NCBI GenBank assembly: GCA_963704725.1
Contig: OY969934.1
Span: 224,001 to 288,000, forward strand
DNA length: 64,000 bases
Reading direction: 5' to 3'
DNA from: an uncultured Actinomycetes bacterium
GTDB lineage: Bacteria > Actinomycetota > UBA4738 > HRBIN12
Within the stretch, counting starts at the first letter, position 1; the number at the start of each line of letters is the position of its first letter. This document shows, one piece after another, positions 9,246 to 19,137 of the stretch. A program made the translations under genes and the position numbers. The notes beneath the pieces were generated by a model that made no database searches, was not told where the DNA came from, and was given only the letters and a program-made list of their open reading frames with translations.

Positions 9246-11306
9246 GTGAACCTGTCGGGGTTCGGGTCTCGAGCTCTGGGCGGTGCTTCGGCTCGCCTGC
9301 GGCGGACCGGCTACCTCCGCAAATGGATCATCTTGGGGTTCCTGATCGGGATCGTGGCCGGGCTGGGGGCCATCCTGTTCACGACGGCGCTCGACTGGGC
9401 GAGCCGGTTCTTCCTCGGGACCCTGGCCGGCTACACACCGCCCTCGCCGTTCGGGGAGGGGCACTCCTTCGGGTCCGGGTCCCACTTCGCGCGTCCCTGG
9501 GTGATCCCGCTCGTCGTCGCGCTCGGAGGTTTGATCTCGGGGGTCCTCGTCTTCTCGCTGGCGCCCGAGGCCGAGGGACACGGGACCGATGCGGCGATCG
9601 CGGCCGTCCACCACGGTCCGCGCGGCATCCGAGCGCGCGTCTCGGCGCTCAAGATCGTGGCGTCGGCGATCACGATCGGCTCGGGAGGATCGGGCGGGCG
9701 GGAAGGACCCACAGCGCAGATCAGCGCGGGGTTCGGGTCCATGTTGTCCCGGTGGCTCGACCTCACGCCGGCCGACGCGCGGATCGCCGTGACCGTGGGC
9801 ATCGGCTCCGGGATCGGGGCGATCTTCCGGGCGCCGCTCGGCGGCGCGATCCTGGGAGCCGAGGTGCTGTACCGCGACGACGTCGAGGTCGAGGCGCTGA
9901 TCCCCTCGATCGTCGCGTCGATCATCGGCTTCGCCACGTTCGGGGCCGTCGAGGGGTTCACGCCGATCTTCGGGGTGCTCCGCGGCTACCGGTTCGACCA
10001 CCCACTGCAGCTCGTCTACTTCGGGGCGATCGGGGTCGCGGCGGGGCTCGTCGGCCGTCTGTATGCAGGATCGTTCTACGGCATCACCCGGCTCGCCCGG
10101 CGGGTCCCGGGCAGCCGGATGCTGAAGCCCGCGGCGGCCGGGTTGCTCGTCGGCCTGATGGCCCTTGCGGTGCCGCAGATCCTCGGCACCGGGTACGGAT
10201 GGGTACAAGCGGCGATGGGGCCGCGACTTCTCACGCTGCCGTTGTGGATCGTGATCGCGCTGCCGTTCGCCAAGATCCTCGCGACCTCGCTCTCGATCGG
10301 GTCGGGCGGCTCGGGCGGCATCTTCGGACCGGGGATGGTCATCGGCGGCTTCCTCGGCGCGGGAGCGTGGCGGCTGCTGTCCGACCTGCCGGGGGTCCCT
10401 GCCACCCCGGCGCCGTTCGTGGTCGTCGGCATGATCGCCTGCTTCGGCAGCATCGCGCATGCGCCGATCGCGGTGATGCTGATGGTCGCGGAGATGACGG
10501 GGAGCCTTCAGCTCCTCGCGCCGGCCATGGTCGCCGTAGGGCTGGCCGCACTCGCCGTCGGCGACGCCACGATCTACACGAGCCAGATCAAGAACCGAAC
10601 GGAATCCGGGGCCCACGGCTTCCGCTTCGGTCTTCCCCTACTCGCCGCGGTTCCCGTGTCGGAGGCGATGCGAACGCCCCGGCTCGTGCTCGACGACGAG
10701 TCCTCCGTTCGCGAGGCCTTCGATGCCCTCGCCGCGCTCGGAATGGCGGGTGCTCCGGTCCGGGATGGGGGAGGCAGATTCAGGGGCTCGGTCGAGATCC
10801 AGCGTCTGGCCGACCGCGATCCCGGGGAGGCGGTGGGACGCGCCTGCGATCCGAGAGGTCCGACGGTACCGCTCGACGCGAACCTGGACGCCGTCGTGGA
10901 GATCCTGGCCGTCGACCACGTGGCCCGGGTCACGGTCCTGGACGTTGACCGCCGGATCGTGGGAGTGGTGGCGGCGTCCGACGTCGTGCGCGCGTACCGG
11001 GGGTGGTTGGAGCAGAGCCTCCGGCGCCTGGGCTCGACCTTCCGAGGGGCGACCCTGCTCGAGGAGGAGGTGCGGGAGGGCAGCGAGTCGGACGGTCGAG
11101 CCGTCTCGGACGGCGCGTGGCCTGCGGGGACCTTGATCATCGCCATCCAACGGGGCGAGCAGCTCGTCTTCCCCGAGTCCGGAACGACGCTCCATGCGGG
11201 CGATGTCGTGAGCATCCTCGCTCCGGCCGGCAAGGAGGACGCGCTCCGACTCATGACCGGCCGCGACGGCGCGGACGAGAGCACCGACGATGAGGCGATG
11301 ATCTAG
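9246..11306 (+). CDS. ClC chloride channel/H+:Cl- antiporter with CBS pair and TrkA-C domain
   Basis: GSGGREGPT and GGSGGIFGP motifs, CBS region, C-terminal IQRGEQLVFP...LHAGD. Confidence 0.93.
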   Translation: MNLSGFGSRALGGASARLRRTGYLRKWIILGFLIGIVAGLGAILFTTALDWASRFFLGTLAGYTPPSPFGEGHSFGSGSHFARPWVIPLVVALGGLISGVLVFSLAPEAEGHGTDAAIAAVHHGPRGIRARVSALKIVASAITIGSGGSGGREGPTAQISAGFGSMLSRWLDLTPADARIAVTVGIGSGIGAIFRAPLGGAILGAEVLYRDDVEVEALIPSIVASIIGFATFGAVEGFTPIFGVLRGYRFDHPLQLVYFGAIGVAAGLVGRLYAGSFYGITRLARRVPGSRMLKPAAAGLLVGLMALAVPQILGTGYGWVQAAMGPRLLTLPLWIVIALPFAKILATSLSIGSGGSGGIFGPGMVIGGFLGAGAWRLLSDLPGVPATPAPFVVVGMIACFGSIAHAPIAVMLMVAEMTGSLQLLAPAMVAVGLAALAVGDATIYTSQIKNRTESGAHGFRFGLPLLAAVPVSEAMRTPRLVLDDESSVREAFDALAALGMAGAPVRDGGGRFRGSVEIQRLADRDPGEAVGRACDPRGPTVPLDANLDAVVEILAVDHVARVTVLDVDRRIVGVVAASDVVRAYRGWLEQSLRRLGSTFRGATLLEEEVREGSESDGRAVSDGAWPAGTLIIAIQRGEQLVFPESGTTLHAGDVVSILAPAGKEDALRLMTGRDGADESTDDEAMI

Positions 11307-11497
11307 GCGGCTCTGCGACCCGCTCCGCTCCGTAGGATGGATGGCGGATCTGCCCGGGGACAAGAGGGGGTCCCGCATGGTTCGAAAGAGGCCATACCGC
11401 CGCGATGGTGGCCGTCCTACGATCGGGCTGCCCGGAGCCGGGCGGCATGCTCGCCTGCTCCGGCGTTGGCTGATCTGCCGAGGGGAGTGAGACACCG

Positions 11498-11899
11498 GTG
11501 ACGATCGGTGAGGCTGCCATCCTTGCGATCGGCTCGATCGCGCTCGTCGTGAACCTCGCGGCGTTCCGCGATGCGAGGCGGATGGACCGCTGGGTCCGAA
11601 GGGTCGGGGGGGTCCGAGCCGCGCGCATCGCTCGATCACCGGTCCGGCGTTCGGCGCTACGGATCCTGGCCTCCCTTGGTGCCGTCCTGGTCGGGGGTCT
11701 GGCGTCCCTGACACCTGGGAGGTTCTCCGGAACGGGTTGGGGCCTCGGGGTCGGGATCGTGGCCGGCATCGCGGGGTTCTGCGCCGTCCTTGCGGCCTCG
11801 GTCCTGGACTACTGGGACAGATACGACGTCCGACGCGGCGTCATCCGTGAGCTCATGGCGGAGCAGGGCGAGCGAGTCGCCGGCACCTCCCCCTCCTAG
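11498..11899 (+). CDS. Hypothetical membrane protein
   Basis: Three hydrophobic segments, GAGGGGAG RBS upstream. Confidence 0.55.
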   Translation: MTIGEAAILAIGSIALVVNLAAFRDARRMDRWVRRVGGVRAARIARSPVRRSALRILASLGAVLVGGLASLTPGRFSGTGWGLGVGIVAGIAGFCAVLAASVLDYWDRYDVRRGVIRELMAEQGERVAGTSPS

Positions 11900-11993
11900 C
11901 GCCGGGCGTAGTTCACCGCGGTGATGCGCTCAGCCAGCACGGGAACGAGCTGGGAGACGGGCGGCGCCCGGGAGGCCGGCGGGCTTCGGGCCG

Positions 11994-12698
11994 CTACCCC
12001 TTCGTGAAGTTGAGCGCGAACTCGAGCACGCCGTGGTCCTCGGTGGTGACGGGCCCGAAGCTCGGGTTCGAGATGCCCCAATCCGCGAACGTGATCGGGA
12101 CCTGGCCGGCGATCCGGACCACGGATCCCGAGTATCGGCCGCTGATCTCGAACATCGTCGTCTTCGTGACGCCGTGCAGCGTCAGCTCACCCGTTGCCCG
12201 GACCGTGCGCTCCTCGTTCTGGGCGGGGATCGATCCGAGCTCGATCGGATCTGTGAGCTCGAACGTCGCGGTCGGAAACGTGGCCGTCTCCATGATGCGT
12301 CCGTCGAACTGGGCGTCCCGGCGGGACTCGTCGCTCGTCACGGTGGTCATGTCGACGGTGAACGCGGCCTCCGTGATCGTCGTCCCGCTGATCGTGATCG
12401 AGCCCGTGACCGCGTCGGTCCGCCCGACGGCTTCGTTCGATTGACCGAAGAGCACCTCCTCGACGCGGTAGCCCACAACAGATCCGTCCATGACGCGCCA
12501 CGTGCCGTCCGCGGCCGCCCCGCCCTCGGTGGCCGACCCCGTCCCGCCCGAGGCGTCCGCGGAAGGCGTGTCGAGTGACAGCGGATCCGGCGCGGGGCCC
12601 TCGATGACGTGGATATAGACCCATGGGCCGCCGACGAACACGACGACCGCGATCCCCAGGCCGATCGCGAGCCAACGCCTCCAACTCCAAGACCGCAT
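11994..12698 (-). CDS. YceI-family protein with N-terminal membrane anchor
   Basis: SVVGYRVEE, SDESRRD, GELTLHGVTK motifs. Confidence 0.92.
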   Translation of the reverse strand: MRSWSWRRWLAIGLGIAVVVFVGGPWVYIHVIEGPAPDPLSLDTPSADASGGTGSATEGGAAADGTWRVMDGSVVGYRVEEVLFGQSNEAVGRTDAVTGSITISGTTITEAAFTVDMTTVTSDESRRDAQFDGRIMETATFPTATFELTDPIELGSIPAQNEERTVRATGELTLHGVTKTTMFEISGRYSGSVVRIAGQVPITFADWGISNPSFGPVTTEDHGVLEFALNFTKG

Positions 12699-12820
12699 CG
12701 CATGCCCTCCCTGTCCGCGGTTCGATCACGTCCGCTCGCGGATTCCGAGCGGGAAGTCAATCGCGGGATGCTGAGAGCGACCTGTGAGGCCGAGAGCTGC
12801 CGATGATACCCAGGGACCCC

Positions 12821-13165
12821 TCAGCCGAGGTCGTCGTACGCTGCCGCGACGCGCTTGGGGACGACCATGCGCCAGGCCTCGACGACGAGCTCGCGCATCT
12901 CGGACTCATCGATGGCGGCGAGGCGCACCACGAGCCACCGGTACCGGAGGTCGCCGCGGTCGGGCATCACGAACTTCTCCGGCTCCGAACGCACCATGGC
13001 CTCACGCTCCTCCTTCGGGAACGCGAACCCCATCTCCGTCTCGTCGCGTGAGAACGCCAGGTAGACGATCCGGCCGACGCGGAACTTCACCCGGTCACGC
13101 ACCAGCGCCTCCGTGGTCCGCGGCAGCGTCAGAGCCAGGACGCGAACGTCCTCGATCGTCACCAC
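12821..13165 (-). CDS. MmcQ/YjbR family DNA-binding protein
   Basis: ALTLPRTTE...KFRVG...ELVVEAWRMVVPKR pattern. Confidence 0.85.
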   Translation of the reverse strand: MVTIEDVRVLALTLPRTTEALVRDRVKFRVGRIVYLAFSRDETEMGFAFPKEEREAMVRSEPEKFVMPDRGDLRYRWLVVRLAAIDESEMRELVVEAWRMVVPKRVAAAYDDLG

Positions 13166-13209
13166 GACGGACGAGCCTAGCCCGCCCCGCCGACGAGGCC
13201 GGGTGGCAG

Positions 13210-14022
13210 CTACCCGAGCGGTCGCCGTCCGGCCGAGACCTCGGACTGGCACGACGGACAGAGCCACGTCGTTCGCCCCGCCGCCGTGAGGCGCTCCAGG
13301 GGCGTTCCGCACCGGGGGCACCGCGCGTCGGGGAGCCCGCGAACGGGGAACAGCCACGATCGCTTGCGGGGCACGGAGTCGTAGCGGTCGACAGACTCCT
13401 TCAGCACGGCGTGCAGCACGCGGAACAGCTCACGGCGATCGTCCTCGGCCAGCGTGTCGATCAGGCGGCGCGGGTGCAGCCTCGCCTGCCACAGGATCTC
13501 GTCGGCGAGCAGGTTCCCCACCCCGGCCACGAACGTCTGGTCCATCAACGCCGCCTTGACCCCTCCCCGCCGCCCGGCGAGACGTTCCAGGAACGCGGTC
13601 CGTCGGATCGCGAGCGCGTCCGGGCCGAGGTGCCCGACCACGGCTCGAGCCCCCTCGTCGTTCAGCGCGAGCCACACGCCGCCCAGCTTGCGCATGTTCC
13701 GGTACCGGATCTCGGTCCCGTCGTCGAGCTCGACGATCACGCGGTCCCATCGATGGCGCGACGGGACGTCGACGCTCGAGTTGAGCTCGCCGGTCATCCC
13801 GAGGTGCAGGAGGAGCCCCGGCCCGTCGGTCCAGCACAGGAGCCACTTGCCGATCCGATCCGGCTCCAGGAAGGTCCGGCCCCGCAGGGCGCCGGCCAGG
13901 TCCCGCGGCTCCGCGTTCCGCACGATCGAGGCGTCCGTGACCTCGATCCGCACGACGCGACGGCCGGCGGCGTGGCGAGCGAGGTACCGGCGCGCGCTCT
14001 CGACGTCGGGGAGCTCGGGCAT
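13210..14022 (-). CDS. Fpg/Nei family DNA glycosylase (MutM-like)
   Basis: MPELPDVE N-terminus, HLGMTG, GVGNLLADE H2TH, CPRC...CPSCQ zinc finger. Confidence 0.93.
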   Translation of the reverse strand: MPELPDVESARRYLARHAAGRRVVRIEVTDASIVRNAEPRDLAGALRGRTFLEPDRIGKWLLCWTDGPGLLLHLGMTGELNSSVDVPSRHRWDRVIVELDDGTEIRYRNMRKLGGVWLALNDEGARAVVGHLGPDALAIRRTAFLERLAGRRGGVKAALMDQTFVAGVGNLLADEILWQARLHPRRLIDTLAEDDRRELFRVLHAVLKESVDRYDSVPRKRSWLFPVRGLPDARCPRCGTPLERLTAAGRTTWLCPSCQSEVSAGRRPLG

Positions 14023-14088
14023 CGACACAGTGTGCTCGATGCCGCCGACCCTCACCTGCCCTTCGCGGCCGAGCGGGTGGTCCTGGGC

Positions 14089-14523
14089 TCAGTCCGTCGA
14101 CGGCTCCCGCCACGGCCCCTGGCCGTAGATCCGGTTCACCGTGACGTGGACGACGACGCCGTCGGGAACGTCGCGCATCGGGTACCGCTGGCCCGGGCCG
14201 AGGTAGGCGGCGGCCAGTCGGTCCATCACCGCGAGCGCGCCGCCCTCGGTGATCCGCGCGGTCCCTTCGACGACGAGGTAGGGATGGAGTCCCTCCCCCG
14301 TGTACTCCTTCGCCATGAAGGACATGACGATGCGCGGGTCTCGGCTGAGGTTCCGGAGCTTGGCCTGGTCCAGCGCGTAGAAGGTGGCGCACACGATCTC
14401 GTCCCCGTCGAACCCGGCCCACGCCAGCGTGACGTGCGGGGTCCCGTCCGGGCCGAGCGTGACCACGTGAGCGTACGGACCGGTGGCGAGGAGGTCGCGG
14501 ACCGACGGCGGGATCGATGTCAC
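14089..14523 (-). CDS. PPOX-class (probably F420-dependent) oxidoreductase
   Basis: AHVVTLGPDGTPH, KLRNLSRDPRI motifs. Confidence 0.88.
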   Translation of the reverse strand: MTSIPPSVRDLLATGPYAHVVTLGPDGTPHVTLAWAGFDGDEIVCATFYALDQAKLRNLSRDPRIVMSFMAKEYTGEGLHPYLVVEGTARITEGGALAVMDRLAAAYLGPGQRYPMRDVPDGVVVHVTVNRIYGQGPWREPSTD

Positions 14524-15638
14524 GGCCCAGGGATTCTAGGCAGCCCCCCCGAACTCGCGGCCCCGGGTTGGGGCCCGTCGCGCTGGGTCTCGTCCTCCGG
14601 CGCGACCCAGGGCCGGTCCGGCAGGATCATCGCGCTGCTCGTGGCCATGGCCACCGTCCGACCGTCGGCGTCGTCCACGGTCGCGGTGGTGACGGCCACG
14701 GTTCGGCCGCGGCGGGCCACGGCCGCTCGCGCCAAGAGCTCCCGGTCGTCCGGCGTCACGGGCCGGAGGAAGTCGACCTTGAGGTCGAGCGTGCCGAACG
14801 ACGTTCCCGCGGGCAGCGTGGTCGTGATGGCCACTCCGATCGCCGCGTCGGCCAGGAGCGCGAGCGCGCCGCCGTAGAAGGTGCCGAGCGCCGTCGAGAA
14901 CCACGGGGAGGCGGGCATGGAGCACGCGGCGGTCCCGTCGCCCGTGTCGCGCAGGCGCCACCCGGTCAGGTGGCAGACCGGCGGCCGTTCCAGCTCGTGG
15001 TCGAGCAGCATCCGCGCCAGCTCCCGGCCCGGCGTGTCGTTCCATCGCGCCTGAGGGATCGGGCCGCCCTCCACCGGACGGCGGAACGGATCGGAGCCCT
15101 CGTCATCGGATGCCACGACCGGGAAGTCCCCGGGAGGAGGCGGCGGCTCGAACGGGATGGGTCGAAGCAGACACCGGGACGTCGCGTGCGCGAGCAGACT
15201 CCCGCCGTCGTCCTCGACGAGCACCTCCGACAGGCCCTGCTGACGGCCGACGTGGATCGTGCTCCCGCGAGCGCGGATGCGTTCGCTCGCGGGTGTCGCG
15301 GGCCGAACGAAGCTCATCGAGATCGACGACGTGACGACGGCGACGCCCGCCGGAACGGCCGAGTAGATCGCGCAGGCCAGGGCGCCGTCGGACGCGAACG
15401 CGAGGGCGCCGCCCGGGAACAGGCCGGTGGCGGTCAGCCACCACGGGCTGGCGGGCATCTCCCACGTCGAGCTGCCGAGGCCCACATCGACGATGCTCAG
15501 CCCCGTCAGTCGCTGCACGGGCGGAGCGGGCACGCGGGCTTCGACGAAGGCTCGGAGCTGATCCAGTCCGGAGAGCGCGAACAGGCCTGGCTGCTCGAGG
15601 TACGCGTGCCGGCCCCGGACGACCTCGGTCGAGATCAC
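14520..15638 (-). CDS. Double hot-dog PaaI family thioesterase
   Basis: Two repeats of MPASPW...G...GGAL...D and ..F.RP.TP. Confidence 0.85.
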   Translation of the reverse strand: MISTEVVRGRHAYLEQPGLFALSGLDQLRAFVEARVPAPPVQRLTGLSIVDVGLGSSTWEMPASPWWLTATGLFPGGALAFASDGALACAIYSAVPAGVAVVTSSISMSFVRPATPASERIRARGSTIHVGRQQGLSEVLVEDDGGSLLAHATSRCLLRPIPFEPPPPPGDFPVVASDDEGSDPFRRPVEGGPIPQARWNDTPGRELARMLLDHELERPPVCHLTGWRLRDTGDGTAACSMPASPWFSTALGTFYGGALALLADAAIGVAITTTLPAGTSFGTLDLKVDFLRPVTPDDRELLARAAVARRGRTVAVTTATVDDADGRTVAMATSSAMILPDRPWVAPEDETQRDGPQPGAASSGGLPRIPGP

Positions 15639-15758
15639 CCGCCGATGGTACCGAGGGTCGAGCGCGTGAACCCGGTGCGCTCGGCCGCGGCGGGCCGGCT
15701 CGAATGGCCCCGGACGGCTCGCCCCGCTCCTCGGCGCGCCCGTCCGTATCCTGAGAGC

Positions 15759-16781
15759 GTGAACGACCGCCTCCTGCGCGCGCTCCGCCGTGAGCCCGTC
15801 GATCGCACGCCCGTGTGGTTCATGCGGCAGGCGGGCCGCTATCTGCCCGAGTACCGCGAGCTGCGGGGCGACCGAGACGTCCTCGAGACGTGCCGCCGGC
15901 CGGATCTCGCGGTGGCGGTCACCCTCCAGCCGCTACGACGGATGCCGCTCGACGCGGCGATCGTGTTCGGCGACATCATGGTCCCGCTGGCCGCGATCGG
16001 CGTGGGCGTGCGGATCGAGCCGGGGCAGGGGCCGGTCGTCGACGACCCCGTCCGGGCCCAGGGTGACCTGGAGCGACTGCGGCCGCTCGAGGCCGAGATC
16101 GACGAGCCCTACGTGGCCGAGACGATCCGGCTGCTCCGCAAGGAGCTCGAGGTGCCGCTGATCGCGTTCGCCGGCGCGCCGTTCACGCTCGCCAGCTATC
16201 TCGTCGAGGGCGGGCCCTCGCGCGACCTCGCCCGAACGAAGGCGCTGATGCACGCCGAACCGGTGGTGTGGGGCGCGCTGATGGAGCGTCTCGCGGCGAT
16301 CGTGCACGCCCACCTGCTCGCGCAGGTCGAGGCCGGGGCCCAGGCCGTCCAACTGTTCGACTCGTGGGTGGGCGCCCTCGACGCCGACGATTACGGGCGT
16401 TCCGTGCTGCCGTTCGTCCGCCCCATCCTGGCCGGGCTCGGCGTGCCCACGATCCATTTCGGCGTGGGGACCGGCCACCTCCTCCCGCTGATGCGCGAGG
16501 CCGGTGGGGACGCGATCGGCGTCGACTGGCGCGAGCCGCTCGACGCCGTCTGGGCGCGGATCGGCCACGACCGCGCGATCCAGGGGAACCTCGACCCTGC
16601 GGTCTGCCTGGCTTCGTGGGACGCCGTGCGGCGCAAGGCCCTCGACGTGCTCGACCGCGCCGAGGGGCGCGACGGGCACGTGTTCAACCTCGGCCACGGA
16701 GTCCTGCCCGAGACGCCGGTCGAGCACCTGCAGCGCCTCGTGGACCTCGTGCACGAACGGACGGAGCGGAGGCCGGCGTGA
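15759..16781 (+). CDS. hemE: Uroporphyrinogen decarboxylase
   Basis: PVWFMRQAGRYLPEY, QLFDSW, FNLGHG motifs. Confidence 0.97.
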   Translation: MNDRLLRALRREPVDRTPVWFMRQAGRYLPEYRELRGDRDVLETCRRPDLAVAVTLQPLRRMPLDAAIVFGDIMVPLAAIGVGVRIEPGQGPVVDDPVRAQGDLERLRPLEAEIDEPYVAETIRLLRKELEVPLIAFAGAPFTLASYLVEGGPSRDLARTKALMHAEPVVWGALMERLAAIVHAHLLAQVEAGAQAVQLFDSWVGALDADDYGRSVLPFVRPILAGLGVPTIHFGVGTGHLLPLMREAGGDAIGVDWREPLDAVWARIGHDRAIQGNLDPAVCLASWDAVRRKALDVLDRAEGRDGHVFNLGHGVLPETPVEHLQRLVDLVHERTERRPA

Positions 16782-17749
16782 GCGAGGCGCCGATCGGCGT
16801 GCTGGTGATGGCGTACGGCACCGCGAGCGGACCCGAGGACATCGAGCGCTACTACACGGACATCCGCGGGGGGCGGCCGCCGAGCGCCGAGCACCTCGCG
16901 GAGCTCACCGAGCGGTACGCGGCGATCGGCAACCGGTTCCCGCTTCTCGACATCACGCGAGCGCAGGCGACCCGGCTCGAGCTCGCGCTCAATGCCGCGG
17001 GCGCGGGGACGTTCCGGTCGTACCTCGGGATGAAGCACTCGCCGCCGTTCGTCGCCGAGGCGGTCGAGGCGATGCGCGCCGACGGGATCGAGCGCGCGGT
17101 CGGCATCGTGATGGCCCCGCACTGGTCCGGCATGTCGGTGGAGACCTACGTCGACCGGGTGCGCGAGGCGGCCGGCGACGGCCCGCCGGCGTTCGCGTTC
17201 GTGCGTGACTACCACGCCCATCCGGCGTTCGTGCAGCTGTTGTCCGGCCGCGTGGCCCACGCCCTGGGGATGCTGGGGCCGTCCGAGCGCGAGAAGGCCG
17301 CCGTCGTGTTCTCGGCGCACAGCCTGCCGGTGCGGACGCTCGACGACGGCACGATGCGCTGCAAGCACTGCGCGGCGTGCGAGACATCGTGCCGGTACGC
17401 GGACGGGCTGCGCGAGACGGCGGACCTCGTCGCGGGCGAGCTCGGGCTGGCGCACGTGTCGATCGCGTGGCAGAGCGCGGGGCGCACGCCCGACCCGTGG
17501 TGGGGCCCTCCGATCGAGGACGTGATCGTCGAACTGGCCGATCGCGGCCACCCGGCCGTCGTCGTCTGCTCGGCCGGGTTCGTCGCCGACCATCTCGAGA
17601 TCCTGTACGACCTCGACGTCGAGGCGAGACGGATCGGGGAGGAGGCGGGGATCCGCGTGGTCCGGACCGAGATGCCGAACGCGGACCCGGCGTTCGTCGA
17701 GCTGCTCGCCGCGGTCGTCCGCGACGAGCTGGCCGCGGCCTCGGCATGA
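16778..17749 (+). CDS. hemH: Coproporphyrin ferrochelatase (CpfC) with Cys-rich insertion
   Basis: VMAYGT, FSAHSLP, WQSAG..P.PW.GP, GFVADHLEILYDLD motifs. Confidence 0.95.
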   Translation: MSEAPIGVLVMAYGTASGPEDIERYYTDIRGGRPPSAEHLAELTERYAAIGNRFPLLDITRAQATRLELALNAAGAGTFRSYLGMKHSPPFVAEAVEAMRADGIERAVGIVMAPHWSGMSVETYVDRVREAAGDGPPAFAFVRDYHAHPAFVQLLSGRVAHALGMLGPSEREKAAVVFSAHSLPVRTLDDGTMRCKHCAACETSCRYADGLRETADLVAGELGLAHVSIAWQSAGRTPDPWWGPPIEDVIVELADRGHPAVVVCSAGFVADHLEILYDLDVEARRIGEEAGIRVVRTEMPNADPAFVELLAAVVRDELAAASA

Positions 17750-19137
17750 CCGATCGCGTCGTCGTCGTCGGGGCGGGCGTGGCCGGACTCACCGTGGCCC
17801 ACCGCCTGCTCCATGAAGAACCCGGGCTCGACCTGACGGTCCTCGAGGCCGGCGAGCGTCCCGGCGGTCGCCTCCGCGCCGCCGCCGCCGGCGATCTCGA
17901 GCTCGAGGCGGGGCCGGACTCGTTCGTGGCTCGCAAGCCGTGGGCCGCGGAGCTGTGCGCGGAGCTGGGCGTGGAGCTCGCCGAGCCGGCCGCGGGCGGC
18001 GCCTACGCCTGGACGCCGCGGGGGCTCGTGCCGCTGCCGGCCACGGCGCTCGGCGTGCCGGCCTCGATCCGCGAGCTCGCCCGGTGGCCCGGGCTCTCGC
18101 GCGGCGGGCGGGCCCGGGCGCTCCTCGACCTGGTGCGGCGCGCCCGCCCTCGCGACGAGGACGAGGCCCTCGGAGCGCTCCTGCGCCGGCGGCTCGGCGA
18201 CGAGGCCACGGACTCGCTCGTCGCGCCCCTGTTGGCCGGTCTGTTCGCCGGCGACGTCGACGGGCTCGGCGTCCTGGCGACGTTCCCCGAGCTGGCGCGA
18301 TGGGAGTCCGAGATGGGCAGCCTGATCCGGGGCGCGAGGGCCGCGCTCGGCGCCTCGAAAGGGGCCGGCCCGATGTTCCTCCGACCGGCCGAGGGGATGG
18401 CCGAGCTGCCGAACGCCCTCCTCGAGTCGGTGGGCCCCGACCACGTGTGGACGTCGGCCGTCGCCACGCGGGTCTCGGCCGAGGGCTCGGGGTTCGTCGT
18501 CCACGCCGCGGGCGGGGAGCGCTCCGCGTCGGCGGTCGTCGTGACGACGCCGGCCGACGTGGCCGCCGCGCTCCTGGCGGAGGTGGCGCCCCTCTCCGCC
18601 GCGCGCCTGGCCGAGATCGAGCTCGTCTCGACCGCCGTCGTGCTGCTCGTGTACGAGGAGGGGACCGCCGACGTGCTCCCGGAGGCGAGCGGCTTCGTCG
18701 TCCCGAGCGGCCGGGCCCCGATGACGGCCGCAACGTTCCTGTCGCGCAAGTGGCCGGACCCGGCGTTCGGCTCGCGCGCCGTGCTGCGGTGCTTCGTCGG
18801 CGCCGCGGGTTCGGACGACGTGCTCGACGCCGCCGACGACGAGATCGTGGAGGCCGTCTGCCGTCACCTGGCGGCGCTGCTCCCGCTGCCCGATCGGCCC
18901 GGGTCGTCCGCGGTGGTGCGTTGGCCGCGGTCGATGCCGCAGTACGCGGTCGGGCACCAGGAGCACGTCGCGGCGATGACCGACGCGTTGCCTCCCGGTA
19001 TCGTCGTGGCCGGAAACGCGTACGGCGGCGTCGGCGTCGCCGACACGGTCCGCTCGGCCGGCGGGGCCGCCGAGGCCGTGCTCGCGCACCTCCGAGGCCG
19101 TTCCACCGAGACCCGACGAACGGAGCGAGTGCCATGA
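17746..19137 (+). CDS. hemY: Coproporphyrinogen/protoporphyrinogen oxidase (HemY/CgoX)
   Basis: VVGAGVAGL FAD motif, EAGPDSF, RWPRSMPQYAVGH. Confidence 0.93.
   Translation: MTDRVVVVGAGVAGLTVAHRLLHEEPGLDLTVLEAGERPGGRLRAAAAGDLELEAGPDSFVARKPWAAELCAELGVELAEPAAGGAYAWTPRGLVPLPATALGVPASIRELARWPGLSRGGRARALLDLVRRARPRDEDEALGALLRRRLGDEATDSLVAPLLAGLFAGDVDGLGVLATFPELARWESEMGSLIRGARAALGASKGAGPMFLRPAEGMAELPNALLESVGPDHVWTSAVATRVSAEGSGFVVHAAGGERSASAVVVTTPADVAAALLAEVAPLSAARLAEIELVSTAVVLLVYEEGTADVLPEASGFVVPSGRAPMTAATFLSRKWPDPAFGSRAVLRCFVGAAGSDDVLDAADDEIVEAVCRHLAALLPLPDRPGSSAVVRWPRSMPQYAVGHQEHVAAMTDALPPGIVVAGNAYGGVGVADTVRSAGGAAEAVLAHLRGRSTETRRTERVP

Noticed and set aside
3812-12800. Genomic island integrated at tRNA-Ser(TGA)
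   Set aside because: No integrase or transposase, and I did not see a duplicated tRNA 3' end
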